The notes under the pieces: generated by a model
Seen by the model: only the letters and a program-made list of their open reading frames with translations
What the model was told of the DNA's origin: nothing
Database searches by the model: none
DNA from: Hyalangium minutum
GTDB lineage: Bacteria; Myxococcota; Myxococcia; Myxococcales; Myxococcaceae
Direction of reading: 5' to 3'
Assembly: GCF_000737315.1 (NCBI RefSeq)
Contig: NZ_JMCB01000006.1
Location: forward strand, 764,001-1,012,000
Length of the DNA: 248,000 nucleotides
Made by a program: the position numbers and the translations under genes
In this document: piece after piece, positions 145,801 to 155,341 of the stretch
Position numbering within the stretch: position 1 is the stretch's first letter
How the letters are laid out: the number at the start of each line of letters is the position of its first letter

Positions 145801-147209
145801 GCGGCATGGCGCTGGTGGACATCCGCACGGGCCACACGGTGTGGAGCTTCTTCCACGGGGATGGACAGAACCGCTCGGAGAACCTGCGCTACCCGATTGG
145901 CGCGGGCCTGTCGCTGCTCGACATCGGCCGGGGCAACAACCCCAGCGCGGATGCGGATCAGCTCTTCGACTCGGCCACGGTGGGCGACTACGGCGGCCAG
146001 CTGTGGATGGTGCGCATGTGGAAGCCGGGCGTGTGGGACTCCAGCACGAAGCGGGTGAACAACTGGTTCGCCGCGCGCTCCTTCCGCGTGGCGAACCTGG
146101 CGGGGAAGACGGCGGACCCCGAGGCCATGCGTGCGCCGTTCACCTATATGACCCTCAACGCCCTGCAGCCCGACACCGGCTTCCTGCGCACCTTCGTGGG
146201 CACCGGTGACCGGGAGAACCTGCTCGAGAAGGGCACCGCGTGCCGGCTGTCCAACCCGCGCGCCTGCGCCGCGCAGGGCTGCGGCGTCAACAACACGCTC
146301 ACCGTCGAGCGAGGCGGCTCCACCGTGTACACCAGCAACGCCACGTACCAGAACTACCACTACAGCTCCGGCACCGTCTCCACGGGCAGCCCCGGCGCGT
146401 CCTGCGGCGGCGCGAAGGTGACGCTCGCGTGGAACAACGACGCGGCCAACGGCTGCGGCAACGCCAACGACGGCACGCTCGAGTACACGTGCGACGGTGA
146501 TACCTCCTCGTGGAGCTGCCGCGAGACGGCCAACACCTGGACGGCGCTCAACTACACCGAGGATGCCTCGCCCTACCCGCAGCGCTACTACGGCGTGTGG
146601 ACGTACGGCGGCACGGATCCGCTGCGCCGCTTCGACAGCGACGCGGAGGCCACGGCGTACGACGGCACCCTCTTCTCGGATGCCGACCTGGTGAACGTCA
146701 GCCAGTTCGACTCGGCGGGAGCGGTCGCCGGGAGCCAGCAGTCGGCGGCGCCCTCGGGCAAGGGCTGGTACATCGACTACGCCGTGCCCAACGAGCGCAC
146801 CGGTACCACCGGCAGCCTGGTGAGCGGCTGCGTGCTGTGGAGCTCGTTCGAGCCCAGCGGGGCGCCGGGCGCGGTGTGCTCGACGACGGGCACCAACGTG
146901 GCGCGGCTGTACCAGGCCAACTTCGCCACGGGCGTGGCCAACTGCGCGCAGAGCTTCTACACGCAGAGCTCGGATAAGTGGGCGCGCTACCACCAGAGCA
147001 CCACGGTGGCCGCTCCCGCGGAGCCGGCCATGCAGGTGTCCATCGGCGGTGGCGTGGTGTCCATCGACCTCAACCAGCAGGGCCCGAGCCAGCAGGCCTC
147101 CACCCGCGTCCAGCAGAGCGACGAGGGCGTCCGCTCGCTCTACCAGCTGGAGGTGGATCAGCGCGGCCACGAGTGCCGCCACGACGGTGTGGCCATCTCG
147201 TGTGACTGA
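142827..147209 (+). CDS. pilY1: PilY1/PilC type IV pilus tip adhesin
   Basis: VWA DTSGSM, GSNGGMLHAF, YFVDGTP, beta-propeller. Confidence 0.85.
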   Translation: MQQSWISILRRVCLAVAMLGVVGGAHAELGDASANSAACCQLTTSLVNDVLHGTDVSGDERFFSAEGAPPNIHFLLDTSGSMRELPQVENSDHITFFNLTVNGCENPRLDAFAASRGWDASHVYPVPDVGTGMGSDTGFPNLFQDDKFYGYLYWADLGNPPAQWNTREQACQSQVPNWSTTGGAEYARCLSCLSTKGYYKVPGTMGRNTPPLENLNFMFWGRYLNFNPPKYVTAKAVLKSVIKDLRRVRAGISHFSNSAPNTVLLKEQHPSCQQIANDASAFDGERASYINSVNGLTFTTGTPLARSLLNVGYYFTSEDTVYRDVFGFGSGFSYPGAFKNPALTSQGRSVCWGCQTSSVIIITDGEPSGDTLSSTVVTKLRTLNGGPVYCPDSAPCGGGTTATRDKGSDPAVYTDDNQNYLLDDVAKLLYEKDLQSHTPPIVGDFNTAGKQNVLTYTVGFGINSPFLKNTAEVGGGLYYTADDATGLKQALLDIITNVQTRSTSFSSAAASTLQVRSASATLIPRFKPARAKTDPWQGFLYRFDQGPERLLGCNPTNPAAGGDLNQDGDCDDTLLLDAAGDAIIENDEGDFVKLLSPTTPAVPFWEAGQKLKAGTEKWKTRRIFTLVDGNGDGKLDSQDAPVAFTEANAGVLREYLGISQNPSVCSDLATRLGEPSLSPEDCTKLIIRWYRGADALNPDPSLREQDRPFLLHDIFHSSPVSVEPPSPSRFCGFSQQCLTVLFSGSTVQAESTLPSGVSVKAYEAYQSEAGNRDKIILVGSNGGMLHAFHNGQALPSGAVDSLTGQVQYDAGTGEELWAFIPPDMLPKLRPNLGKHGYFVDGTPMVRDVWLDGMEGEPADGKKQWKEYRTVAVVGTGRGGVHRFALDLTRLLGRNPGDTATRVPDQAGDFLWMWPQPCDPLALQVGEAFTNFAPRPPPVGPVALTEVADNALRDMSSTGHPSETPWLIDGTPARERWVVAFNGGFDEHMLRGRGMALVDIRTGHTVWSFFHGDGQNRSENLRYPIGAGLSLLDIGRGNNPSADADQLFDSATVGDYGGQLWMVRMWKPGVWDSSTKRVNNWFAARSFRVANLAGKTADPEAMRAPFTYMTLNALQPDTGFLRTFVGTGDRENLLEKGTACRLSNPRACAAQGCGVNNTLTVERGGSTVYTSNATYQNYHYSSGTVSTGSPGASCGGAKVTLAWNNDAANGCGNANDGTLEYTCDGDTSSWSCRETANTWTALNYTEDASPYPQRYYGVWTYGGTDPLRRFDSDAEATAYDGTLFSDADLVNVSQFDSAGAVAGSQQSAAPSGKGWYIDYAVPNERTGTTGSLVSGCVLWSSFEPSGAPGAVCSTTGTNVARLYQANFATGVANCAQSFYTQSSDKWARYHQSTTVAAPAEPAMQVSIGGGVVSIDLNQQGPSQQASTRVQQSDEGVRSLYQLEVDQRGHECRHDGVAISCD

Positions 147210-147222
147210 CGGCTGAAACACG

Positions 147223-147261
147223 AAGGGCTCGGAACCGGTGCACGGGTTCCGAGCCCTTTTT
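147223..147261. terminator. Bidirectional intrinsic terminator
   Basis: AAGGGCTCGGAACC..GGTTCCGAGCCCTTTTT between convergent genes. Confidence 0.8.
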
Positions 147262-147292
147262 CATGCGGGCGCTGGCGCCCGGTCTTCAAGGA

Positions 147293-148231
147293 CTACTTGG
147301 GAGCGGCAGCGGCCTCGGCCTGCTTGGCGGCCTCGGCAGCGGCAGCCGCCTGCTTCTCCTTGAACTTCTTCTGGGTCTCGGTGAACTTGGCGGTGAGCTC
147401 CTCGTACTGCTTCTGGAACTCCTGAGCGCGCTTGTCGTGCTCCGTCGCCCGGGCCATGGCCGCGTCCGCGATGGCCTTCTTCTTGGCCTCCTTGGCCTCC
147501 TGCAGGGAGATCTTCGCCATGTTCTGCTCGTGCATGGCGTACTTGGCCACGGCGATGCGCTTGTTGATGTACGTGAAGGGGTACTCGGGGTTGAGCGCGA
147601 TCACTTGGTCCAGGTAGGCCAGCGCCTTGTCCAGGTGCTCGGGCACCGCGGGGCCGTCCTTGCTCTCCACGCCGCCGCGCTTGGAGTAGATGGCCGCCAG
147701 CCAGCCCAGGCTCGCCTCGTCCTTCGGGTTGAGCTTGACGGCCTCGTTGAACTTGGCCTCGGCCACGTCCAGGTTGCCGGCCTTCAGGTACTGGTCGGCG
147801 ATGACGCGCCACAGCTCCGCCTTCTCCGCGGCCGACTCCTTGGCATCGAGCACCTTCACGAGCGCCTTCTCGGCGTCCTCGGGCTGCCCGGCCTGCCGGA
147901 ACTCGTCCGCGATGACGCGGTACATCTCGTCCCGCTTCACGTTCGGGTCCTTGGTGACCTCCACGTACTTGATGAGGGCCTCGGCGGCCTTCTGGTGCTC
148001 GCCGACCTGCTGGTGGGCGAAGGCCTTCTCCTTCCACGTCTTCTCGGAGTTCGGATCGGCCTGGATGGCCAGCTCGTACTGCTCGATGGCGAGCTTGAAC
148101 TCCTTCTTGTTGAGGTGGTTGGTGGCCTTGGCGCGGGCCTCCTTTGCGGGGTCCGGCTTGTCGCTACAGCCCACAGTCCCCGTGAGGGTGAGCACTCCCA
148201 GCACCAGCCCTACGCGTCCCAGCTTCTTCAT
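147293..148231 (-). CDS. TPR lipoprotein
   Basis: Lipobox TVGC, TPR helices. Confidence 0.85.
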   Translation of the reverse strand: MKKLGRVGLVLGVLTLTGTVGCSDKPDPAKEARAKATNHLNKKEFKLAIEQYELAIQADPNSEKTWKEKAFAHQQVGEHQKAAEALIKYVEVTKDPNVKRDEMYRVIADEFRQAGQPEDAEKALVKVLDAKESAAEKAELWRVIADQYLKAGNLDVAEAKFNEAVKLNPKDEASLGWLAAIYSKRGGVESKDGPAVPEHLDKALAYLDQVIALNPEYPFTYINKRIAVAKYAMHEQNMAKISLQEAKEAKKKAIADAAMARATEHDKRAQEFQKQYEELTAKFTETQKKFKEKQAAAAAEAAKQAEAAAAPK

Positions 148232-148441
148232 GCACATGCCTTTCGAGCGGTACCGGACCCGCGGGAGCTCCGGCACAGTTTGAAATGAGGTGGCCTCGGA
148301 CGGCGCATTGTGGGCGCGCCGAACCGTGTGGCGCGGCAGCATACCCGAAGTCGATCCGAGCGCCCCCTCCCGGGTTTCTTCCCTGGCTCCTACCCAGGGA
148401 AGGGGGCAAGCCTCATCTCATTGCGTCAAAAGGCGGCACTT

Positions 148442-148720
148442 CTAGGGTTTGTCACCGGGAAACTGGGCCCAATAGCCCTCGGGCAGTGGGTTGTTGCCCC
148501 GGTCGCTGCGCGGGCCGTCTCCATCTGGGATGTCATCCACACCCCCGATGTCCGGGTGCTCCTCCTCCTCCTCGGTGCTCTTGCGGGAGTGATGAGGGCT
148601 CCCGCCGGGCGCATCGTGGGTGGGACGCTGGGCGGGCTCCTCATGCCTCGGGCTCGTCGGGCGCCCGAACATGTCCTCGGCTGGCTGGGGTCCTGGCTGC
148701 TTCGTTTCCTTCTGGGCCAT
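148442..148720 (-). CDS. Small disordered hypothetical protein
   Basis: GGAGG RBS, 92 aa. Confidence 0.55.
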   Translation of the reverse strand: MAQKETKQPGPQPAEDMFGRPTSPRHEEPAQRPTHDAPGGSPHHSRKSTEEEEEHPDIGGVDDIPDGDGPRSDRGNNPLPEGYWAQFPGDKP

Positions 148721-148858
148721 GATGGAAGTCCTCCTCCGGCATCAACGGTCATGGCGCAGGCGGCCCGCCGCAACGGGAGGGAAATGCAGGGCCCCCGGGC
148801 AGGCGAGGGAGCGGGCGCAGGGTGTGGGTGGAAGGCCAGCGCATGCGGGGCCGGTGAC

Positions 148859-149617
148859 TCAGCGCGGGGGCACGCGCCCGCCAATCTCCGGGAAGCGCTC
148901 GTAAGCGCGCGCGAGCGCCTCCAGGTGCGCGGGGTTGTCGAGATCGAGTGGCGTCTCTGTGAGCCGAACGACCCACCCGCCCGTCGCTGTGCGCCGCGCC
149001 CGAGAGAGCAGGTCCGCGTCGCGGGCAGGATCCGGGAACCCGAGGGCCTGTGCGGTGGCTGCCGACCAGTAGTTCAGCCACCCGAGATAATGGGGGATCT
149101 CAGACGAGCGGAGGTGCTTGGGAAGGTTGAGCGCTGGGAGCCCCCGGGGCGGAACATGCGGTTGATCCATCGAGTGTCGAAACTGTTTCGCTACCTCCGA
149201 CGCCACTCCGTTCGGCAACACGCGCCCCCAGAATGCGCGTGCGCCTTCCGCCACACCTTCCAGCATCTCCGCCGCCGCCGCGATGCTGGCCGCATCGAGT
149301 GGCAGCTCTGCATGGACATCGAGTAACGGCTGGCCGCCCGGCGCTTGGCGCCCGGATGTCCGCAACCCATAAACCGTCACGGGATAACTCTCGTCGCCGT
149401 TGCACAGCAGTGGGAACTCCCCGCGCGCGGCCGCCTCAGCGAGCCACCCATCGCGTCGCGGCAACGCGAGGGGCCGCCCCGCCTTTGACAGCTCCCATTC
149501 CAAGCGCACACGGGAGAGCGCTCGTTCGATTCCGTGGACGACTGCGAGCGTGCGACCGTCGTCGCCCACAAGCGCAGGCGCGAAGACGATGAGGATCAGG
149601 GTTCTCTGCTGGGTCAT
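148859..149617 (-). CDS. DUF5953-like immunity protein
   Basis: LGWLNYWS, GGWVVRLTETPLD; coupled to toxin. Confidence 0.7.
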   Translation of the reverse strand: MTQQRTLILIVFAPALVGDDGRTLAVVHGIERALSRVRLEWELSKAGRPLALPRRDGWLAEAAARGEFPLLCNGDESYPVTVYGLRTSGRQAPGGQPLLDVHAELPLDAASIAAAAEMLEGVAEGARAFWGRVLPNGVASEVAKQFRHSMDQPHVPPRGLPALNLPKHLRSSEIPHYLGWLNYWSAATAQALGFPDPARDADLLSRARRTATGGWVVRLTETPLDLDNPAHLEALARAYERFPEIGGRVPPR

Positions 149618-150327
149618 CGCTTGCACCCCGTGACGACGATATTGAGGAGTGGCTCCTGTTCGAGCAACGCGTCTTTGTGCTCTTGGGTGCTCACCCCAAC
149701 GACGAAGCCATAGCCACATGCCTCGGCGATGTCCCGCTCTTCCCGCAGCAACGGCACTTGCTCCTGGATCGTCATCCGCCGGATGAAGTCAGGGTACGTG
149801 TCAAATCGATGCGTCTTGATCTCCCACAGCACGCGCACGCCGACTTGCAGCGCATCAAAGCGCACACCGCCCACGAGCACGTCATTGCCGGGGTAGCGGT
149901 TCGGCGGAAACTGATCGGCGCACGCGTCATGCGGGTCATCCTCGCCCGCGTGCGGCACTGGGGTGGGCGCGCACTCTGGGCGGCGGCGCTCCGTCGTCAC
150001 CGGGGCAGGCGGAACCCTCCTGTTCGCGCTGGACCTCTCCGGTGTGGGGTTCGCCTCCGGCTCCTGCGAGGCCCGGGGAGAGTCTCCGGCCCAAAGGCCC
150101 GGCTCCTGGGTGGGTGGCAACACGCGCTGATGCGGGCTCCGCGGCAGGGGCTGGGGGCGAACCTGCCCTGGCTGCCCGCGGGTGGGCAGGCCCGTGCCGG
150201 GCACAGCGGGTGGACGCACAGGCGCCCAGGCGTAGGTCTCAGGCTCCTTTTGAGAGGTGGCGCACCCAGCTAAGACTGTGGCAACGGCAACGGCTTGGCG
150301 GAGTGCGCTGCAAGTTCGGAAGTTCAT
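149614..150327 (-). CDS. DUF6310-like lipoprotein toxin (REase-like tip)
   Basis: Lipobox LAGC, VRFDALQ..LWEIKT. Confidence 0.7.
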   Translation of the reverse strand: MNFRTCSALRQAVAVATVLAGCATSQKEPETYAWAPVRPPAVPGTGLPTRGQPGQVRPQPLPRSPHQRVLPPTQEPGLWAGDSPRASQEPEANPTPERSSANRRVPPAPVTTERRRPECAPTPVPHAGEDDPHDACADQFPPNRYPGNDVLVGGVRFDALQVGVRVLWEIKTHRFDTYPDFIRRMTIQEQVPLLREERDIAEACGYGFVVGVSTQEHKDALLEQEPLLNIVVTGCKR

Positions 150328-150369
150328 GCCTCGACCTTTCATCGAGGGGGGCGGAGCGGGTCAAGCCAG

Positions 150370-150650
150370 GACAGCAGCCAAGCGGCAAGGCCCCCTGCAT
150401 CGAGGCCCACCACATCGCCACCATCTGCAACGACATGTCCACCGCATGCGGGGGAGCGTGGACGCCGAGGTTCCGGGAGAGCTTCGCGAAGGCCGGGATG
150501 ACGCTGCGTCCTTAAGGAACTCGCCGATGCAACGGCGACCTGTCGCAGCGTTGTCGAATGCTAGGAGGCATTGACCGGGCAACTGCGGAAACTGGCCAAG
150601 CAAATCTCCACCCCCGGAACAGAACTGAACCAGCTCGGCACCCGGCAGCC
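150370..150650 (+). pseudogene. Fragmented 3-prime end of an AHH toxin gene
   Basis: CIEAHHIATICND..WTPRF, then ..PGTELNQL with a deletion between. Confidence 0.7.
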
Positions 150651-150865
150651 ACCCCAGGGACGCAGCGGCTCACCGTGCGCGGCGCCGTCCGCGTGCCTGC
150701 TGGCTTTGGTGTGAGCGACTGGGGAGCTTGGCGGGTCCGAGCAGTAGGGTGTTCTTCAAGAATTGCTGGATTTTATTCCTGTGTGACAGTCTGGCCAGCG
150801 CGTCTTTGGATCCGTGGGCAGGCAGGAAGGCCACCGGGTTACGCTTCCGCTTCAGGGGACCGCTA

Positions 150866-151243
150866 ATGACGATTCGCAAGGTGCTCCTCGTTGATGACGA
150901 GGAGGACATCCGCACCGTGGGCCACCTGAGCCTGAAGCGCGTGGGGGGCTGGCAGACCGTGCTGGCCGCCTCGGGCGCCGAGGCCGTGGCGCTCGCCGCC
151001 GCCGAGAAGCCGGACGTCATCCTCCTGGACGTGATGATGCCCGGCATGGATGGGCCCACCACCTTCGGGCAGCTCCGAGCCCAGGAGGCCACCGCGCACA
151101 CGCCCATCATCTTCATGACGGCGAAGATCCAGAAGCAGGAGGTGGCGCGCTACCTGGAGCTGGGCGCTGCGGGCGTCATCAGCAAGCCGTTCGATCCCAT
151201 GACGCTGCCCACCGAGATCCGAAAGCTGCTGCCGTCGACCTGA
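150866..151243 (+). CDS. Single-domain response regulator
   Basis: LLVDDE, LLDVMMP, KPFDP. Confidence 0.9.
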   Translation: MTIRKVLLVDDEEDIRTVGHLSLKRVGGWQTVLAASGAEAVALAAAEKPDVILLDVMMPGMDGPTTFGQLRAQEATAHTPIIFMTAKIQKQEVARYLELGAAGVISKPFDPMTLPTEIRKLLPST

Positions 151244-151277
151244 GACCGTGGAGGACGTGGGTGGAGAGGGTGGCCTC

Positions 151278-153302
151278 ATGAGCAGCATCGTCCTGTTTCT
151301 CGAGAAGGATCGCGAGCTGCAGACCGTGATGCCCGCGTTCCTGCGGGAGCGGGGCTTCCGTGTGGAGTGCGCCCGGAGCGTGCAGGAGGCGCGCGCGGTG
151401 CTCGCGAGCATGCCGGTGGACGCGGCCGTGGTGGACAGCCTGCTGCCGGGCATGGTGGGCCTGGACTTCCTCCAGGAGCTGCGCCGGGCGAAGCCCACGC
151501 TGCCCATCCTCCTGGCCTCGCGGATGTGGAAGGACGTGAAGGGCCGCGAGCAGTTCCTGAAGGAACTGCGAGTCACGCGCATCCTCCAGAAGCCGTACAC
151601 GCCGCAGGAGCTCTTCATCTGGGTGGAGCAGGCCCTGGCGCGGCAGTGGGTGGAGCAGACCTTGGCGCGGCAGCGGCCGGGTCCGGTGGCGGGCAAGCCT
151701 CCCCTCCCCGCGGATGTCTCGGAGGAGCTGGCTGCGGCGAACGCCGAGTATGGCCGGCACCTGAAGCGGCGCCTGGCCTCGCTCACGGAGGCGCTGGCCC
151801 AGGCGCGCACGGGCTCGGCCGAGTCGGTGGAGGCCCTGTACTACGACGCGCACAAGCTCCATGGCTCGGCGGGCTCGTTCGGCTTCGCGCCGGTGGGCGA
151901 GGCGGCGGGACGGCTGGAGGCGCTGGTGAAGCCCGCGCGCGCGGGCCAGGCGGTGGACTGGGCGGCCATCGAGGCCTCGCTGAAGGAGCTGGCGGAGACC
152001 CTCCATTCCCCCGCTCCGAAGGCGGTGGAGGCGCCCAAGCCCACGAGCTTGATGGGCTCGGTGCTGGTGGTGGACGACGACGCGGAATGGCTGGCCGAAG
152101 TGGAGCGGATGGGCAAGGCGCAGGAGGTGAAAGTCCTCACGGCCCAGGACATGGACGAGGCGGTGGAGCGGGCGCGCGGGCAGTGGCTGGACGGCGCGCT
152201 GCTGCACGTGCACTTGGGCGGCCCGGAGGGAGGCTTCGAGGCGGCGGCACGGCTGAGGAGCCAGAAGCTGTGGGACTCACTGCCCCTGGCCTTCTTCAGC
152301 GCGGACGGAGACCTGGCGCACCGTGTGGCGGCGGCTCACGCCGGAGGCTCGCTGTACCTGCCCAAGCCCTTCGCGACGGCGGACCTCATTGGAGCGGTGG
152401 AGCGGCTGGTGGCGGCCCGGCGGCCGGAGCGCTCGCGCGTGCTGGTGCTGGCGGATGACGAGGAGGCGCGCAGTGCGATCAGCCATGCGGTCGCCGGGCA
152501 CCGCGTGGAGGTGACGGCGCTGACGGATCCGTTCCGGCTGCTGGACGCGCTGGCCGAGCACCGCCCGGAGTTGCTGGTGCTGGATGTGGAGCTGCCAGGT
152601 CCGAGCGGCTTTGACTTGTGCCGCATCATCCGCTCCATGCCGGAGTGGGAGGAGTTGCCCATCCTCCTCATCACCACGCAGCAGGGGGCCGAGTTCCGGG
152701 TGGCGGCCTTCGAGGCGGGGGCGGACGACTACCTCACGCGGCCGGTGCTGCACGAGGAGCTGGTGGCGCGCATGCACTCGCGGCTGGAGCGGGTGCGCCT
152801 GGCGCGCGAGCGCTCCGAGCGGGATGCGCTCACCGGGCTGCTCCTGCGCCGGCCCTTCCTCGAGGCCCTGCGTGCCCGGCTGTCCGAGGGCCGACGCCAG
152901 CAGCGGCCGCTGGCGCTGTGCTTCCTGGATGTGGATCACTTCAAGCAGGTGAATGACACCCATGGTCACGTGGCGGGGGACCATGTGCTCGCGCGGCTGG
153001 GGCGGCTGCTGACCACGCGCTTCCGCCGCGAGGACCTGCGCGGCCGGTGGGGCGGCGAGGAGTTCGTCGTGGCGCTGGCGGGCGAGACGGCCGCGAGCGC
153101 CAAGGAGATCCTCACTCGCACGGCGGCGGAGCTGGCCGCGGTGAAGTTCTCGGGCGACCACGGCGAGTCCTTCCAGATCACCTTCAGCGCCGGCATCGTC
153201 GAGGCCCCCAGGGACGGCGAGGACGCCGAGACACTGCTGCGTGAGGCGGATGCACGCCTGTACCGCGCCAAGGCCAACGGCCGGAACCGCATCGAGCTCT
153301 GA
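151278..153302 (+). CDS. REC-Hpt-REC-REC-GGDEF diguanylate cyclase
   Basis: AHKLHGSAG, DVDHFK, RWGGEEF. Confidence 0.9.
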   Translation: MSSIVLFLEKDRELQTVMPAFLRERGFRVECARSVQEARAVLASMPVDAAVVDSLLPGMVGLDFLQELRRAKPTLPILLASRMWKDVKGREQFLKELRVTRILQKPYTPQELFIWVEQALARQWVEQTLARQRPGPVAGKPPLPADVSEELAAANAEYGRHLKRRLASLTEALAQARTGSAESVEALYYDAHKLHGSAGSFGFAPVGEAAGRLEALVKPARAGQAVDWAAIEASLKELAETLHSPAPKAVEAPKPTSLMGSVLVVDDDAEWLAEVERMGKAQEVKVLTAQDMDEAVERARGQWLDGALLHVHLGGPEGGFEAAARLRSQKLWDSLPLAFFSADGDLAHRVAAAHAGGSLYLPKPFATADLIGAVERLVAARRPERSRVLVLADDEEARSAISHAVAGHRVEVTALTDPFRLLDALAEHRPELLVLDVELPGPSGFDLCRIIRSMPEWEELPILLITTQQGAEFRVAAFEAGADDYLTRPVLHEELVARMHSRLERVRLARERSERDALTGLLLRRPFLEALRARLSEGRRQQRPLALCFLDVDHFKQVNDTHGHVAGDHVLARLGRLLTTRFRREDLRGRWGGEEFVVALAGETAASAKEILTRTAAELAAVKFSGDHGESFQITFSAGIVEAPRDGEDAETLLREADARLYRAKANGRNRIEL

Positions 153303-153456
153303 TCCGGCAGTGAAAGCGTTCTGGGGTATTTCTTACAGAGCCAGGGCTGAAGTTCCTCCAGACGCAGTGTGTTCCACTGAGCCAAGCGGGTGATTTCTCA
153401 ACGGGGGAGAAGGGCCCGTGGTTTGCACTGGGAGGGGGACAGTTTGGAGTCACACC

Positions 153457-153735
153457 ATGTCCACTTCACCGCCAGTGCTCCCTCCTTATTACAGAGTCGA
153501 CCTGATGCCGGAGGCTTGGCGTGAGGTGGGATGTGTGACGTCGGAGGACTTTCAGGTGCTTCAGGACGTGATGCAGCTGCTGGCGGTCGAGGGCACGCCC
153601 TATGAGCCTGGCGAAGGTCGCCACACCCTCACCTTGGCGGGCTTCGAGGTGGAGTACACGCGCGACGATGTGGCCCGCGTCCTCACCCTGCACCGCGTGA
153701 CGCGGATGCTCCGGCGGCCGGGCGAGGCCGCCTAG
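153457..153735 (+). CDS. Small protein with RelE/ParE-like pattern
   Basis: YRVDLMPEAWRE..FEVEY..VLTLHRV. Confidence 0.5.
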   Translation: MSTSPPVLPPYYRVDLMPEAWREVGCVTSEDFQVLQDVMQLLAVEGTPYEPGEGRHTLTLAGFEVEYTRDDVARVLTLHRVTRMLRRPGEAA

Positions 153736-153747
153736 CGAGCGAGGGGC

Positions 153748-155325
153748 TCACGGCTCACGGAAGATCATCAGACCGCGCGAGCTGTCCACCCCGTACACAT
153801 ACCCGTCCCCAGGCACGCGCATGCCGAGCGCGCCTTCGTAGAAGCTGTAGCCGCGCTCGAAGTCCGTCTCCCGGAAGGTGTTGAAGTACGCGAGCTGCTT
153901 CGGCTGCGAGGGGTCGGACACATCGAACACCCGCACGCCCTCGTGGTACCACGCGGTGTAGAGCCGGGTGCCCACCAGCACCATGTTGTGGATGGAGGTC
154001 TGCTCGCGCAGCTGGAGCTCGCCGATCTTCACCGGCGCCTCGGGCTCCGTCACGTCCAGCACGCGCAGGTGCGCGCCGAAGTTCTCACCGCCCTCGAAGG
154101 CGATGGTGCGACCGTTGAGGGTGCCCACCGCGTTGGCGTGGCTGGTCTGGTTCGCGTACGCGTACCTGCCCAGCTGCTTCTCCTTCGTGGGGTCGGTGAC
154201 GTCCATGATGACGTAACCCAGGTTCCAGTGGTTGATGTAGAGCCGCCCCTCGTATGCGAACGCGTCATGGGGGTAGCCCGTGGTCTGCCCGTCCGGCACG
154301 CTGAAGCGGTTGAGCAGCACGGGCTGGGTGGGCTGGGTGATGTCGAAGATGAGCGTCTCGCTGTTGGGGCTCGGGGACATGGCGTACAGCCGGTCCCCCT
154401 CCACGAAGACGGTGTGCACGTCGATGGGGGCGCCTGGCACGTTCCTCAGAAACGCCGGGTTGGCCGGATCGCGGATGTCGAAGACGAGCACCCCGCGGGA
154501 CGCGCTGGCCACGTAGAGCGCGTCGCCCTTGGCCCACACGCCGTTCCAGTAGCTGTCCCCAGGCATCGTCACCGTGCGCCGGAAGCGGACGTCGCCAGGG
154601 GTCGACACGTCGAACACGGACAGGCCGCCGGTGCGGCCGTTCGAGTTCACCGACACCACGTAGGCGTGCTGCTTCGCCACGTAGATGTCCACGGGCAGGC
154701 CCAGGGGGATGAAGGACTCGGAGCCGAGCTGGAGGCCCTCGGCTTCCTGCTCGCCCTCGCGGCGGGTGGCGCGGAAGGCCTCGAAGGTGCCCGTGGAGCG
154801 CACCTGGCCGTTGCGGCAGACGACGTAGCAGCCGGTGAGCTGCTGCGCGTTGTTGAGCTGGCAGCCCGCGTAGGCCGTCAGGGAGGGTTCGCCGTTGGGC
154901 AGGGTGGACTCGCGGCGGAGATAGAAGGTGTCTCCGCTCCGGGAGTCCGCGCTGACGAGGCCACCCGAGAGGATGCTGGGGCTGGTTCCGCTGCCCAGCT
155001 TCATCGCGCCGGGGAACAGGATGCCGCCCGTGGAGGAGGCTGACGTCAGCGCGCGGTTCTTGAGGATGAAGACGCCCTCGGCGGGAGCGCTGGCCAGCGA
155101 GGCGCGATTGCACTGAGACAGGTTGAAGCGGCTCAGCTCTCCGCAGTCGCTGCCCACCTGGGTGGGGTGGATGCACGGCGCCAGGGCGCCCGTGTCGAGC
155201 GCATCGCCGGGCTCTTCGAGGATGGGCCAGGGGGTGTTGCTCTTCGGCGGCTCCTCCGAGGGGCAGCCCGTGCAGAAGAGGGCGCAAGCGGTGAGGCAGG
155301 CCCACGCGCCAAGGGTACGAGTCAT
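153748..155325 (-). CDS. LVIVD-repeat lipoprotein
   Basis: Lipobox CTGC, VFDVS/VLDV repeats. Confidence 0.8.
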   Translation of the reverse strand: MTRTLGAWACLTACALFCTGCPSEEPPKSNTPWPILEEPGDALDTGALAPCIHPTQVGSDCGELSRFNLSQCNRASLASAPAEGVFILKNRALTSASSTGGILFPGAMKLGSGTSPSILSGGLVSADSRSGDTFYLRRESTLPNGEPSLTAYAGCQLNNAQQLTGCYVVCRNGQVRSTGTFEAFRATRREGEQEAEGLQLGSESFIPLGLPVDIYVAKQHAYVVSVNSNGRTGGLSVFDVSTPGDVRFRRTVTMPGDSYWNGVWAKGDALYVASASRGVLVFDIRDPANPAFLRNVPGAPIDVHTVFVEGDRLYAMSPSPNSETLIFDITQPTQPVLLNRFSVPDGQTTGYPHDAFAYEGRLYINHWNLGYVIMDVTDPTKEKQLGRYAYANQTSHANAVGTLNGRTIAFEGGENFGAHLRVLDVTEPEAPVKIGELQLREQTSIHNMVLVGTRLYTAWYHEGVRVFDVSDPSQPKQLAYFNTFRETDFERGYSFYEGALGMRVPGDGYVYGVDSSRGLMIFREP

Positions 155326-155341
155326 GAAGGGGGCTCCGGGC

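Noticed and set aside
142560-147221. 1553 aa antisense ORF opposite pilY1 (also 108262-112188, 172571-177862, 220924-223959, 188777-191968)
   Set aside because: Arg/Gly/His-rich shadow frames produced by high-GC codon bias on the opposite strand of real genes.
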